Source: Podarcis gaigeae
Taxonomy: Eukaryota
Length of the DNA stretch: 64,000 bases
Reading direction: 5' to 3' (one strand)
Assembly (NCBI GenBank): GCA_964106915.2
Contig: OZ066918.1
Part shown: positions 11,881 to 25,291 of the stretch, in pieces
Numbering within the stretch: the first letter of the stretch is position 1
Layout of the letters: the number at the start of each line of letters is the position of its first letter
The notes under the pieces: model-generated
What the model saw: the letters and a program-made list of their open reading frames with translations, nothing else
The model's database searches: none
What the model was told of the DNA's origin: nothing
Position numbers and translations under genes: made by a program

Positions 11881-13503
11881 TAACTGTCTTGTGAAATGTG
11901 CAACAGTTAAAATGGCAATTGTTCACATTGTGGCACCAATCATAAATATGCATTAAGCTCAACTTAGCAGGAAATGTGCGGGAAAGGGAGAGGCATGTTT
12001 CTGTTACACCAGGGAACAGCAGCACCCACAGATATACAATACAAAATTTATTTACTCCTATGACATGTAACAACTTGGAAATAGAACAGCTGGCACCTCA
12101 AATTAGAACATTTTAAAATTAAGTCTTAACGAGTAGAAATAAAAATCAACAAATTGACTTTTTTATACAGTACTCCTCTGGTGAGACATACTGTAAATCA
12201 GCTATATAACAAGAGGCAATAAAAACAGATTTATTTACTACTACACTCGCTGCTACCAGGAATCAGGCACAATATGAAAATTAATCTCTTATTCCAGACA
12301 CACATTAGACATCTCACAAGCATGCATGCATAGTTACCTACAGAAGAATAACTGCAGAAAGCAGTATGCTAACACAGGCCTCCTATATAGGCAAGTTGCA
12401 CTGGAAGTTAGAAGGATAAAAGCCAACTTCATTTCTTGGAGCCACACAGGGTAGCCCTATTTCTCTCAAACCAATTGTTTTTTTCCCACAAAAACCACAA
12501 ATTACTTATTTACCTTCACTTCACCCCACAGAATTATACGGCTGAAAGAGGCTGAAGATCACAGAGTCCAACCTTTCTCCCAATGCAGGATCTTCCACGG
12601 ATCAGCTCCTTCCCCCACAGTGAACCCACATAATCCAACACAGATTTCCTGTATCCTATTACTTCACCCCATATTTCTGGCAAGGATCCTGGCATGTGAA
12701 TACTGAAGGTATACTGTCACGACCTCATTCTTCTTAACTTGGAATTCAAGCAGAGCTGGGTTTTGTACTATTGTAGCTACTATATTGTATCCATATCCCA
12801 GCTGCTGATGCATTCATGTGAAAATGCAACCACATATGGAAATAAATCTGTCCTGGGATCCGTTTTGTGTCACACATTAGTGGTGGTCAGACAGAGGACT
12901 CGAAGTCTCCAACTCCTCCTCTGTCATACAAACGTATCTCTGGCTGTCAACAGCATTAAGAGTTAATGTCTTCCATCTGTGCCCTAAATTATGAGTAGGA
13001 TAATTTGTCTTAAGGGTTGTGTTCTCACATCCTTTCCTTTGGGTTAATGATACTTACAGTAAATGGCTTAGCTGGTGGGGTTTTGTTTCATTTTTTGTTC
13101 TGTTTTGCCTCAGTACGTTCACTTTGCTGATTTTTTTTCTTTTTTCTTTCTGAAGTATGTTGAAAAATGATTATTCTGAATGAGGCCTGCCTTTGTATGT
13201 GCTATAAAGAGTACCTAGCTCATGTGCTGATCTGAAGACTGAGGATTAACAGTGCTGAGACATTTCCATGCCAACATAAAGGGATACTGCCATAAAGGGA
13301 TAGTGTCGTATCATTTCAAGACAATTCCAGAACATTGTCCACCAGGCCCACAGAGCATGAGAGGCAATGAAACCACTGAGCAATCATGACACACCGATGC
13401 AACTCTGAATACTCACTCTAAATCGTTATCAGCTACCTTCATAGAACACATTATCCGTGTGAGTTTTGAGGCCTATGTGTTTTCAGTAGAAAATGTTACT
13501 TAC

Positions 13504-13659
13504 TGGTACAAGGAACCTCTGATGGATCAAAGTCAGCACGGTAGTAACCATTGCGACATGTGCAGATGTGGGCAGCCTCTGACGTGGAGCGGCTGTTGGA
13601 GGGGCACTGTGTGCAGGTCCCGGCACCCTGGTTTGCTTTGAACATCCCTGCTGTGCAAG
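13504..13659 (-). CDS. EPHB1: EPHB1 internal coding exon (exon 4 equivalent, 156 bp): cysteine-rich/EGF-like region
   Basis: Translation (A)CTAGMFKANQGAGTCTQCPSNSRSTSEAAHICTCRNGYYRADFDPSEVPCT(S); CPSNSRS and GYYRADFDP are EphB1-type. Acceptor CCCTTGTTTATTCCAG|CT and donor CCA|GTAAGT. Splices in frame (A+GT = Ser) to the 2156 exon. Confidence 0.95.
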
Positions 13660-14001
13660 CTGGAATAAACAAGGGCAGAGAAAGAAACAAGAAGATGTCA
13701 AATTCTCATCAAAATACATGTATCAGACAGGAACTGAATTAATCTAATTGTGCTGCAGTTCCCAAGACAGTTTCCAAAATATGACATGAACATCCTCAAT
13801 AGAAACAAAGAATTTAACATCCTTGTACAGAAGGGTCCTGGTTTGACTGACATACGTCCTGAGAACTTTTGCTATTGGGTGGGGTGTAAATATATATCTA
13901 TTAAACAAAAGCCAAGGTCTAGAAAGCCAGAGAACATCTAAGGATGAATGATTATTTTTTGCAGAGTTTGTGGCAATGTAAGATGGCTGTGCAAGTGAGA
14001 A

Positions 14002-14243
14002 CAGTGGTACCTCAGGTTACATACGCTTCAGGTTACATACGCTTCAGGTTACAGACTTGGCTAACCCAGGAACAGTGCTTCAGGTTAAGAACTTTGCTTC
14101 AGGATGAGAACAGAAATAGGGCTCCGGTGGCACGGCAGCAGCAAGAGGCCCCATTAGCTAAAGTGGTACCTCAGGTTAAGAACAGTTTCAAGTTAAATAC
14201 AGACCTCCGGAACAAATTAAGTACTTAACCTGAGGTACCACTG
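14002..14243. mobile_element. Tc1/mariner-pogo (Tigger-like) MITE, family A
   Basis: TIR CAGTGGTACCTCAGGTTA / TAACCTGAGGTACCACTG, with TA after the right end (left flank AA). Internal CAGGTTA repeats. A second copy lies at 63081-63503. Confidence 0.88.
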
Positions 14244-14449
14244 TACAGCCCTGCTGCAATTCACCAGTGGTCTGAATTGGCTCATGGCAGAACAAGATGG
14301 CAAACTACTCCTGCCTGCTCGGGATTTAGGGCGCTGCAGGCAGCTCCCCCACACAGAAGAGAGATGGCTAAAAAGCCACATATAAGTCTGCTGTCTACTG
14401 TGGAGTGACTCTGATTCTCTTTAATGTTAAAGGGCCTCTTTCTGTAATA

Positions 14450-14698
14450 CAGTGGTACCATGGCTCAAACTTAATCCATTCCAGGAGTCCGTTCGACTGC
14501 TGAAACCATTCAGAAACCAAGGCGATGCTTCCAATTGGCTGCAGGAAGTTCCTGCACTCAAGTGGAAGCCACAGAAGCCGCGTTGGACATTTAGCTTCCA
14601 AAAAAGGTTCGCAAACTGGAACACTCACTTCTGGGTTTGCAGTGTTCGGGAGCCGATTTGTTCAGGAGCCAAGCCGTTCAACTACCTAAGTACTACTG
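14450..14698. mobile_element. Tc1/mariner-pogo (Tigger-like) MITE, family B (older)
   Basis: TA|CAGTGGTACC ... AGTACTACTG|TA, with TA TSD on both sides. Confidence 0.75.
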
Positions 14699-15077
14699 TA
14701 ATGTGCCATTGAAAATAATTTGGGCAGGGATGGCCTTCTTAGTACTCTTCCAAACTTATAATATTGAAACGAGTTATCTGACCAGGTTATTGGTACAAAG
14801 TGTAATTCTTTAAGTATTGCTCCAACACAACTCCCATTTATTTTTATTACTGAAGTATTCTGCAAACTACATACCTTGTTTTAAAAGAGACCCAATTAAT
14901 AAGGGTTTGCAGAATTGTTCTTCAAGGGAAAAAAAATCTAAATATGATTCATTATTCCTGTTCTGATATCTTACATGAGCCATCATTCACGATGCCCTCC
15001 GACAAATCGGGGCACGGATACAAAAATGAAAAAAAAAAAGCAATCTATGTCTCTTTGTTACATCTTTCTTTAAATTT

Positions 15078-15170
15078 TAGGCTGCAAAACAATGCACATT
15101 TACCTGGGAATAAGCCACAGGGAATAAGCCATAGGGCTTATTTCTGAGTAGACATGCATAGGATCACACT
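15078..15170. repeat. Short palindromic interspersed repeat (related copy at 41262-41335)
   Basis: GCTGCAAAACAATGCACATTTACCTGGGAATAAGCC...GGCTTATTTCTGAGTAGACATGCATAGGATCACAC forms an imperfect hairpin. Its right arm is the reverse complement of TGCAATCCTCTGCTTGTCTACTCAGAAGTAAG at ~41262. Confidence 0.55.
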
Positions 15171-16931
15171 ATTAAATGTACTGAATTCAGGCTGCCATAC
15201 CTATGCAAGATTGTTGCTACCAACCCTAAGCCATCAGAACAAGAGGATATTTAATACATGGGAATATATATTTAAATAGCACATTGCATCAGAGTTTCAT
15301 TCTATGACATTTGGTCAGTTTTGCAAAGTATTATTAACCATCACAATTCCAGTAGCCTGGCATATCAACTGATATTCTCAGACGAGTCCTTGACCACACT
15401 ATAAACACCATTGCTCTTTTCAGTCTAATTGGCAGCTTTGGCACAGAAGATTTTTGCAGGCAAAAATTTAACAAAGCCACTGGGATTTAATGTTCAGAAA
15501 AGTTAGTTTCTAACACTAAGATGCTAATGTACAATGATACAGAGTGAGCAGAGGCCGCCAGGATATTTGTCTTAATGAGACGGGTGAGCTAAAATGGGCT
15601 GTTGACATGAGTCCAGTGTGAAATCTTTGCATAATAGCTAGTTGTTGATGCAGAAGGATAAGGGTGGGAAGTTTGGAAGCTGAAATAAATTTATAAAGCA
15701 AAAACAAAGTTAAGAAGCATTAGCTTGACATGGAATTGTCTCATCTAATCATAATGATGGATGATGCACCATTAAGGACAGAAAATCATACCGCTTACTC
15801 TCACTTACACAATTCTCTCCACTCTGATTGGCTGTGGGTGTCTGATTTGCATAATCACTGAATGGTAATATGCCTTTTCAGGCAAAATATCCAAGCCGTG
15901 TGACAGCAACTAAGATTACGAGATTTCCCATCCCCTTGTCATGACAGGTAGGTACAGACTCAGGAATGGGGTGGTGGGGAGGGGAGAGAAAGGAAGCAAG
16001 AGACTGTCTGGAGGAATGCTGCTCAAATTCAGCCTACAGCTTTTCAAAGAACTCACTTGAGATTGCTTTTTAATACTTGTTCATACTTCATTTACAATGC
16101 CTGCACACTCACAACAACAACAATCTGAAGGGTCTTTTGATTATCTCCCTCAAACTATACCCAGTGTTAATGTGTTTCTAGGCCATCACCTCAGAGCTTA
16201 TTCAACCAGAAGCTAGCAATTAATTCATAAATAGGAAGCCCTCTCCAACTAGAGCAATAATAATGTTTTTATCCTTGCTGGTGTGATGATTCATTAATCA
16301 ACTGGCTCTCCGTGACTTGTGATCCTGTATGCAAAACATTAGTGGACTGACAGCCTGCTCGTTGCTCCAACATATAACAGAAGATGTACAGCCCAAAGGT
16401 GAGTTAGTTCTAGTCTTCCATGAATCAGTTACTATGTGAATGAAAAATGGATGAAGAGTGCTCCAGGATAGATGCCAGGGTTATATTTTTAACTACATGT
16501 GTAGCTCAGTAGAGAGAAAATAAGGGGGATCACGCTGAGCTAGTAAGAACAGAGAAAGAAATGCACTGAAGCATTATGCAAACTGAAGGGGGAGTTTCTG
16601 TTTGCTTTAACAATGAACTTGGTGCTTTTAACAGAATGCAACTGAGAAAGAGGAAAAGGAAAACCAGTTATTATCAATAGGTTGTTCTTCAAATCCTTGC
16701 CAGCGGAACTCCAAGACGACCAATGGTTCAAGAGTGGCAACAGAAAGTCATACTAATTAAGACAGCCCTTAGGTCACAGAGGAAGAAATTATGCCTTGTG
16801 GCTTCAGCTGTTTCTTAACACACTTTTGACCTCTCGGTTATTGGATGAACAACAAATCATAGAAATGGTTGCAAATCCAGCAGCAGCAGCACACCAAAAG
16901 CATGGTCAGTCAGAAATATGCAACTGGTTGC

Positions 16932-17471
16932 TCTCGTGGACTGGTTGGACACAGATGATTGGTGGGAGGAACCAAGGGATGAAGGCTCAGAGCCTGGTGT
17001 GTGGAGGTGGAACAACGATGAGTGATCGCATGGAGAAGAGGGAGAAGTCTGGGAAGAGGAGATGTTGGAAGGTGAAGAGTTAACAGGGCTTAGTGAGCTG
17101 GGAGAGTCTGTGGCAGACAGAAGTCCAGAATCAAGAGGCCAAGAAGCAGAGATGAGTCAGGCTGGTGAAGAGTCACAGGTATCTTCCCCTCTTGCTGTGT
17201 CAAGCTCCCCTCCCTGCTTGTCTCCCAGAACCAAAAGAGGCATGAAAGAGTGAAGGAGCAATTGGTGATGCACAGAATCAGCCTCTGCTTGGGGAAACAC
17301 CTGGTGAGGAGGGGACTTTGGGCAGTTGTGGGAAGCCAGGGACCTTCAGTCTTAGCAGCTGCTTCATGGGGGCAAGACCTATTGGAGATGAATTGATGTG
17401 TTCATTACACCTGACATTCCTGTGCATAACATGTTTTAATAGTGTGATTTACTGCTGGTCTGCTCCTGACA
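16932..17471 (+). mobile_element. Probable degraded solo LTR (540 bp)
   Basis: Ends ...CTCCTGACA and starts TCTCGTGG (TG>TC decayed). 5-bp direct repeat GTTGC at 16927-16931 and 17472-17476. Purine-rich body similar in style to 55190-55792. Confidence 0.5.
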
Positions 17472-18973
17472 GTTGCTTAGAGGACTTCAGAGAACAGTAT
17501 CTCAACAATTAAGTATTCTTCATATCTTTTTTTCCTCCCACCTCTGCCCCTATCTATCCCATCTCAACTTACTTTGCAAACCCAAATAAACCCAAATGCT
17601 ACCCATCTTCCACTTCATGGGTGGGCACATGGAATCCCATATGTGCAACTGTGTCCATGTAGTCCAATACTATGCAGAAGGATCTATAGAATGGGTGGGA
17701 ATGATTCATCATTGGAAGTGCTCCCCCTCTTCCCCTCACCTCAATTTAATTGCCCAGCTCTAGTTTTACCCATGGAGCCAAGCATAAGGGGGGGGGGGGG
17801 AGAGGAAGAAGACTGAGTAGGGGCAGCCCCCATTCCAGGGCAGGGGTTAGCAATGCATGATAACACTGGGTGGTCGTGCGCAGGTCATTATGTCTCAGAC
17901 TCATCATAGACACTCACACATGTGAACATTATCAGCTGGGGAGAATAATATTTGCCTATACTAATGGAAGGTCTGGTTCAGAGGAAGGTGAAGGAGTTGC
18001 TCTAAGTAGGCAAGGACTCTTGGGCTGGGAAGGTAGGGGAGACAGGAAAACAAACTAGAAACTGTATGTAGCATAGTCTAGGCTTTTCTATGAAAAAAGT
18101 GAAAAGCAATCTATGTCTCACCACAAGAAATGGGCAGCAGAGAGGCTACAGCAGAGATCCTCAAAGTGATTAGGCCTTGCAAGACTGGAGATCATGGTTA
18201 AATTCAAAGACATATGGGATTAGTTTCTGGAGTAACATATGGTGCCCTCCAGGTCATTAGAGTAGTATTTCTCATGTGAATATATGCAGGGGTAAGGTGG
18301 TCATGATATAGATTATTTAGTATTCCACAATTTAATAGATTCATCCATCCATTCTTTTTAAAAAATCTTTTTTGTCCTTTCATTTCCCCTTTGTAGTATC
18401 TAATACTGCCTGAACGTTGGGGAGAAGGGTAGGTCAGTTAACGAAGGTATCATGTTTCCTGCATCTGATTTTATCATTATATTGATTAAAGTCATGGTAA
18501 AATAAGATGCAAGACACGTGCACTATGTATGTGTTATATTGTTTTCTGTTTACTATTTAAGATTGGACTTAATGACAACTAAAATTGTGGGTAAGCAGCA
18601 ATGAAGGAGAGAAGGGGTCCCCATGGAATGGTCTATTTTAATGAAACGAAAAGCTCATTGATAAAATGTTAACAACAACAAACATGAAAAGCAGACTTTG
18701 GAGAATTTTGAGCAAAGGAATGGCTGGAGGGAAGGGGAGGCATCTCACCCGCTTCCCACTGGCTGTTTTCCTATTTAAAATCCCATTTTTCCCAGGGGCT
18801 TTGTTTGTTTTATGTATTGCAAGCAAAGCACAGACCCAAACTAAGCCACTTCATCTCCAAGTTGCCAGCTGAGTTCTCCCTTATTCCCACTCTTCGGCTG
18901 CTACTGGAGGGTACGGTCTATAGGCAGGAAGTGTGAGGCAGGAAGCTTACAGGAGGTAATCAATATTCTGGGT

Positions 18974-19110
18974 CAGGGGAGCCAACAAGGTGGCCTCCTG
19001 ATGTTGATTGACTACAATTCCATCATCCTTAGCCAGTGACCATGCTGAATAGGGCTGATGGGCATTGGAGTTCAACAACACTCGAGGGCGGCACAACATT
19101 GACTACCCTT
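18974..19110. mobile_element. Degenerate copy of the hairpin hAT MITE (CAGGGG(T)AGCCAAC termini)
   Basis: Core GACTACAATTCCATCATCC...GCTGATGGGCATTGGAGTTCAACAACA resembles 825-962. Confidence 0.6.
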
Positions 19111-21414
19111 AGGCTGGGTGCTGATAGCTAGGTATGGAGGATTTGTCCTAGAGGCCAAGGATTCACCTCTGTCTGCCCCAACACAATATGGTGCACTGTG
19201 CAAAATTTGAGAACCTGAGAGTCCTTTATTCAACTGTAAAATAGGCATTATCCTCGCCCTATAATGTGTCTGGGAGAGGGAGCAGGGAGATGAGTCACTG
19301 ATACAATTGCTTGTCTAAGACCACCCTGTATGTCCATACCAGAGACCTGAACCAGAGGTTTCCCAGTGCATAGTTATGTTTTAAGTCGTCGTGTTTTGCC
19401 AGCTTGCTTCTTTTTCTTCATTTTACTTTTGTCCTGAACAGCCCAAGAGTGGAGAAAGAGCATATACAGAGAGCCAGGAAATTATGGCAGGCTGACGTTA
19501 AAGGAGCAGAACCTTGGAATGGCGACACTAACACTGAATTCCCTGGGGAATTCATTGCTAGCCCTGCACAAATCAATCCCTCCTTAGAAAAGCGGGTGTT
19601 TGGTTGTATGGATTTACCGGGCCTAAAAAGGAAGCATAGGGATAGGGACCTTGGTGGGATCTGCACAAGGACCCCAGCTGTCCACTGAAAAAGTATAGCC
19701 ACAAACAGTTTTCCTCTTTGGTCAGCACATGTGAAGATAGAGAATTCTGAGGATGAACCACAGCAACTATGGACCATGCATAGATGCAAAGGGAATGAGG
19801 ACTCTTAGCAATGGAGGAGGGATTATATTCCATGAAATAAGAACCATAGTTTATATGTGATGGGCTGTTATTTGACAGCCTGAAGATTTTGATGATTAAA
19901 ATTTCTAAAGTTATAAGGTCAGAGTAATCCTATAGTTGTGGAATTGGGCAATATTCCATGGTGGAGCTACTTCTGCTTTCCATGCCCTGCTAGAGCCACA
20001 GCTAGCATAGTTGAGGCCTCCTTTGTGTGTGTGGGGGGGGGAATTCAGGGTAAGAGGGGCACTGAATCCTGTGAATTTTTGGCCACCCCGAATAAACTCT
20101 TAAGCACTTCATTCCCACCACCACCAGCAGCTACTATAAAAAGAGATGAAAATAAAGGGGTGGTTATTTTTAAGATACATTTGGGCAACGGGAATTTATA
20201 AACAAGATTAAGTTATAGAAATACAATCGTCCCACAGTACAAATATATAACTTTAAAAGATGCGAACAAAAATAATTCTAAATACATAAGAAAAATATGA
20301 AATCAATGCAAATAAAATGTTTGCATTTCATTGTTTAAAATCAAAAGAATGCCATGTTTCAAGATGTTGTACTTAACACACAGTAAGAACACAAAAGGAT
20401 GCTATCTAATGGAAAAAGTAGGAGCGGAACACACACACAAAAATGCAATTTGTTTTCTACAGCCCTCCCCTTGTGATTGTAAAAGCCATCAGAACTGCTT
20501 TTTCTAGCACCCCCCATTCCTTCACCCACATGGAATCCATCACCCCACAGTCACATTACTTCGTAAAGAAACATATTAAGTGTCTCATAAACAGCACAGT
20601 GATTGAGATAATGGAAAGTGCCTCTTATCCCCTGTCTGCTGCATCAGGATATGAGACATCTCCTCACAGCCAAGGGGAGGAAATTAACAGGAGCAAGCTG
20701 GAGCAACCACTTTGATGCAATTTCCTTGGGAGATAGCGGTCCATCTAATCTTTATTGAAGTCCTTTAACCTCTAATTCAAAACACACACAGGTCTCTTGC
20801 TCTCCCAGTTCCTTCAGATAGCAAAAGGACACAAAATACCTGTCCTGAGATGTGTACAAAAAAGAACCCCCAATGATGGGTGGATCCACTTGGTGCCCCT
20901 GAGCTCACAGAAGGGTGTTTCATTTAGTAGATAGGAGGAGATGAAAACTTTATTTTTTGCTGGTTCATCCGCCCCCTTGCAGCTCCCACTGGAGGGGGCC
21001 CCTACAAAATAGGGTGAAAGGGAGCATGGGGAACAATATCAGGCAAAAAGGGAAATTTGCAAAAATGCTCTTTCCTCCTCTTTTACTAGAGTAAGGCTAA
21101 GCCACTGTATCTATACCCACATAACTTACTGGACCAAAGAATCATTGCAACAATGCTGTTTAAAACAAGGCATGGATGGTGGTGGTGGGGCTCTAAAGTG
21201 GTTTACCAGCTTCTCACATACCTTATTTTAATGCATTCTTGCATTCTTAAATTTTTCGTAGCAGGATATTTAAGAACCAGCTACATCTTGCTAAAAAGTG
21301 TGGGAAGGGAAGAATTCCAGTGGGGTTGTTCCTCCACAAGAATGTTTGGGGTTGTATCTTTCTCTGTTATTCTCTCTAGGCCCTTTCAATTGGAACAACC
21401 TTATGATGATGGGG

Positions 21415-21692
21415 AAGAGGGTCTCTCTAGTTGTGGCACTTGTCTGGAGCTGTGCCTGATGCCTTTTCAGTACCAGGTGAAGACATTTTAATTAGCTGGG
21501 GCTTTTTTCATCTCTGTGATTATTCTTAATCTCTCTTCTCATTTTGTAAATGCTGCTGCTTGTATTACTTTAAATCTTTATTTGTTGTTTTACTTTCCTG
21601 CATTTTAAGGCTCCCTTGTGAACCACTCTCAGAGTCCCTTTTGGGACTGCAGAGTGATCTATCAAATATCCTAAATAAAATATAAATAAATA
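21415..21692 (+). mobile_element. L2 LINE 3' end remnant with A-rich (TAAA)n tail
   Basis: AGGGTCTCTCTAGTTGTGGCAC...GGTGAAGACATTTT...TTGTGAACCACTCTCAGAG...TAAATAAAATATAAATAAAT resembles squamate L2 3' UTRs. Confidence 0.45.
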
Positions 21693-24600
21693 GATTTTGT
21701 CTATGACCTGCTCTCCCTCTCTTCTGTGTAGCCTTGACATGAGATAATTGAAACAGACGACAGAAAGCAGCTCAGATGGAACTTGTGGGTGTCAGAAAAC
21801 ATGTCCCAGATTGCTCTAACAAGGGGGAAATGGGCTAGATTTAGCAGCGTGTAGTCTCAGTATTTATACAGCGAGATAACAATCTTGGCTATTGGGTAAA
21901 CGCATTTCTTCCAGGTTTCTGAAAACAGACCCATCCATTAGCCTTCCTTCACCTGAATACTATTTTGGCCACATGTGCCCTCAATATGCAGGTCATAAAA
22001 AGTGATCTAGATGCCCTTTTTGCTTGATTAGTCCAGAACCACTTTCATGATGAGAGACTGTTCAGGCACCTCCTTATCCAGGGATAAACAGTTTTCAAAG
22101 CTGAGCAGAAGGTTAAGGGGGAAAGCCATATAGAATGAAGAGTTATGATGACTGCTTGCATTCTGGTGTAGATCATATTCTTTTAAGGGGGGGTGGGTTA
22201 GTCACACACCAAATCTATCTCTCGACTATAGCTGTTTGTACTAAACAATCAAGTGAGCCAACTTTTTTTACCTCGTGTCATCCAATTTTCTTAATTTGTA
22301 CACTTGTTGAATGATCAAAACCAAGTTTAAATCTAAAATTTTAATTGTTTATCTCATCTCATTTGTGAATGATGAGGGTTTGAAATTTCAAAAAGTTGAC
22401 CATTTTGGCCTTGCCAGACTACACAAAAACATTAAAAGCTCAGTTCACAATTGAGATACATCAAAACTAAAAACATGTTCCAAAGCTGAGTGATAGCTTG
22501 CTATTGCATGATAGATTTAAACTTAGCTTTGATCACTCAGCAAGTGTACAAAATATTAAGAAAACTGAATGACATGAGGTAAAAAAAGTTGTATCACTTG
22601 ATATGGAACAACCCAATGGCTGGATGATGATGATGATGATGATGATGCACCATCGGTGTACATATTGCTTTCAACATAAGCGAAAGGACAGGTTGCCACC
22701 ATGTATCCACTGAGACAGGATGTGACTAGTCTACTTCTCTCCACATTCCCGCTACATCCAAATACAGCCAACAAAATCTAACAATGGCTGTTTTATAGAG
22801 GCTCCAGGTTGCTAGACGTTGCTAACCACAGCTATTTTCTGGCAAAGCACTGAAAGGACCTGCAAGAGGTTTAACAAAGCACCTAGTTTGCATAAAGCTG
22901 CCATTAGTTTCCTACATTGTATCTTTTGTTAGTAATCAAGAGTCAAATACCAGCCAAAACCATTTATTCTCTTTTCCTTTCACACCCTGGATTCTTTCTT
23001 TTATGACTATTACATTTTATTTATTTTGGCTGCTACTCTAATGGCAGGAAAGGAACAGTGCAATGTAACTAATGCTACACCAACTGGCTAGGATTATAGC
23101 AGTCAATGAGAATATTCAGAGCAATCAATTCGTCACTGGTCAGACCACTCCAACCTTCACTTTTCAAACCCTAAACATCTGTAGCTACAGTTTCAGAAGG
23201 ACAGAGTGTGGTAACTCATGAACTGCAGATGATGGTGACTTATTTGTCCCTTCTATGCAATCTTAACAATTATATTACCACAGACAACAAATCACTTTGG
23301 TGTATTTTCTACTAAATACAAAATGTAGTATTCCAAAAGTCATTGCGATAGAAGAAGAAACATTGTTTTTCTCATGATGCATTGCTCAGCATATTCATCA
23401 GAGAAAAAGTCCCCACTGAATTTATTACGAATTAGTTCTCAGCAAATATGCTTAGCATCACACTCCACATGATTCTCCAAAGAGGTGGTGGGACCAGCAG
23501 CTCAGTCCACCTCTTTGCACCCTTTAAATTGCTTACCCCTCACCAATTCCCAACAGATGTTAGACTGTGTTCCAAACAAACCATTCTCACCTCAAAAAGC
23601 AGGGACATCCATGGGTAATTGAATTACCTATATTCCTTATTTCTAATTAAACCAACTTTCCCCCCTATACCTAAGCCCACAGTAGCCCCTTGAAGATGTC
23701 CAATAGGGGTGAAATGAGCATGTGGGGAGAACACAGGGGTGGAAGTCTGCAACTATTAACTTTCATGAGGAAATGGGTAAAGAACCGATAATGAAGTTAC
23801 TGAAATAAATGCTCTAGAGTAGGCCCACTGAAATTAATGGGTCTACCTTGAACAAACGTTAGTTGAACACAACACAAAGGCTTGAATTCTGAGAACGGTG
23901 AAGATCCTTTCCAAAGTTATTCCTCTACGGAATGCACGGAGGAATAACTTCTGAAAGTGGCTTGATGGGAAGCAAACTTGCAGAAGACTTTCACATCCTT
24001 TACTCCCTTTGCAGGCCCCTGCAGAGCCACTCTGAAAAGCTGGAAAGCCCTCCTAAGCAGCACAATCTGAGGTACAGAGCCCAGCAGGAGATGGACCATC
24101 CTAAATTGGGCAGAATCACTTTGGGGCAATTCCTTCTTCAGGAGTGTTGACTGACACACCAAATAAACTCTCCAGGGGCTGATGATGGGAGCAGATGATG
24201 AGAAGAAATCCTGTGATTTGTTTCTCAAAATCAAAGTCCACATACATGCTGCAGTTTGTGTGCTAGTTTGTTAAGAAGCAGAAACAACAACCCAGCTATG
24301 CTTCTCTCTTCTTTGCACAGTACTCAAAATAGTCAAAACACATGTAAGTTAAGTTGGCTAGGGAAAGAGAGGGAGAGGGAGAGAGGTGCCTGGAGTCTAG
24401 ATTTGGATGACAAACACTGAAGGAAGAGACAAGATGGGGAAGGACAGCACGGGTACAGTGGGCCACCCGTCTCTGCCATATGGACCACTTGGTAGCTCAG
24501 CTAATGGGTCACACTTGTTTATTTTAATGACAATTAATCTGAATGATTCTTGTCAAAATAAAGGAACAAAGTGCATTTTGTACTACACTGTGTATGGTTT

Positions 24601-25291
24601 TCTGTTACTACTTAACTTGCTAATTTGCAAATTTCTGTAATCTGCAAATTATTATTACAAATTAGTATCTCTCTTCGATAATTACAGTCTGTCTGCCTAC
24701 ATCCCCCAACAGTTTCAGCTGAGTACATCATCTTTCACTTCCTGTCCTAAATTGTTTGATGCTGTTGCTGAAGGCTGTCAAAGACCTTAGATTCAGCTCC
24801 TATTATGCCAAAGGTAATATTTCTGTTCTATCGGAAGGCATAAGGTGGTAAACTCCCTAGGTGTTGTTCGTTCCTTTTCATGAAGAAAAGTGCCCTTCTG
24901 CCAGTTACCAGGCCATGTGAGAGTGCTGTGAAACCTGTCAGAAAGGTGCTCCTAAGAGAGGAAAAGAAAATTGGGCAAAGCTACAAGAATTATATTATTC
25001 CAACCTAAACCTCTTGCCAATTGCTGCACAAAATATTATACGGAATGTAAGCGTTCTACTCCTCTCTAGAAATAATATAAACTAAAGTACATGGAAAAGC
25101 AAGAGATGGAAGAGGGGCCAGGCATAGACTCGATAATATTGGGGATCTGGTTGGGAACAATAATGGCAAAGAGAATCAGTAAGAAAATTGACATTATTAT
25201 TTATATAGCACATGACGTTTCACCGGATACAATCCCCAAGGCGCTTACAATCTAAAATTTGACATGAGGCAAACAATGGAGAAAGAAAATA

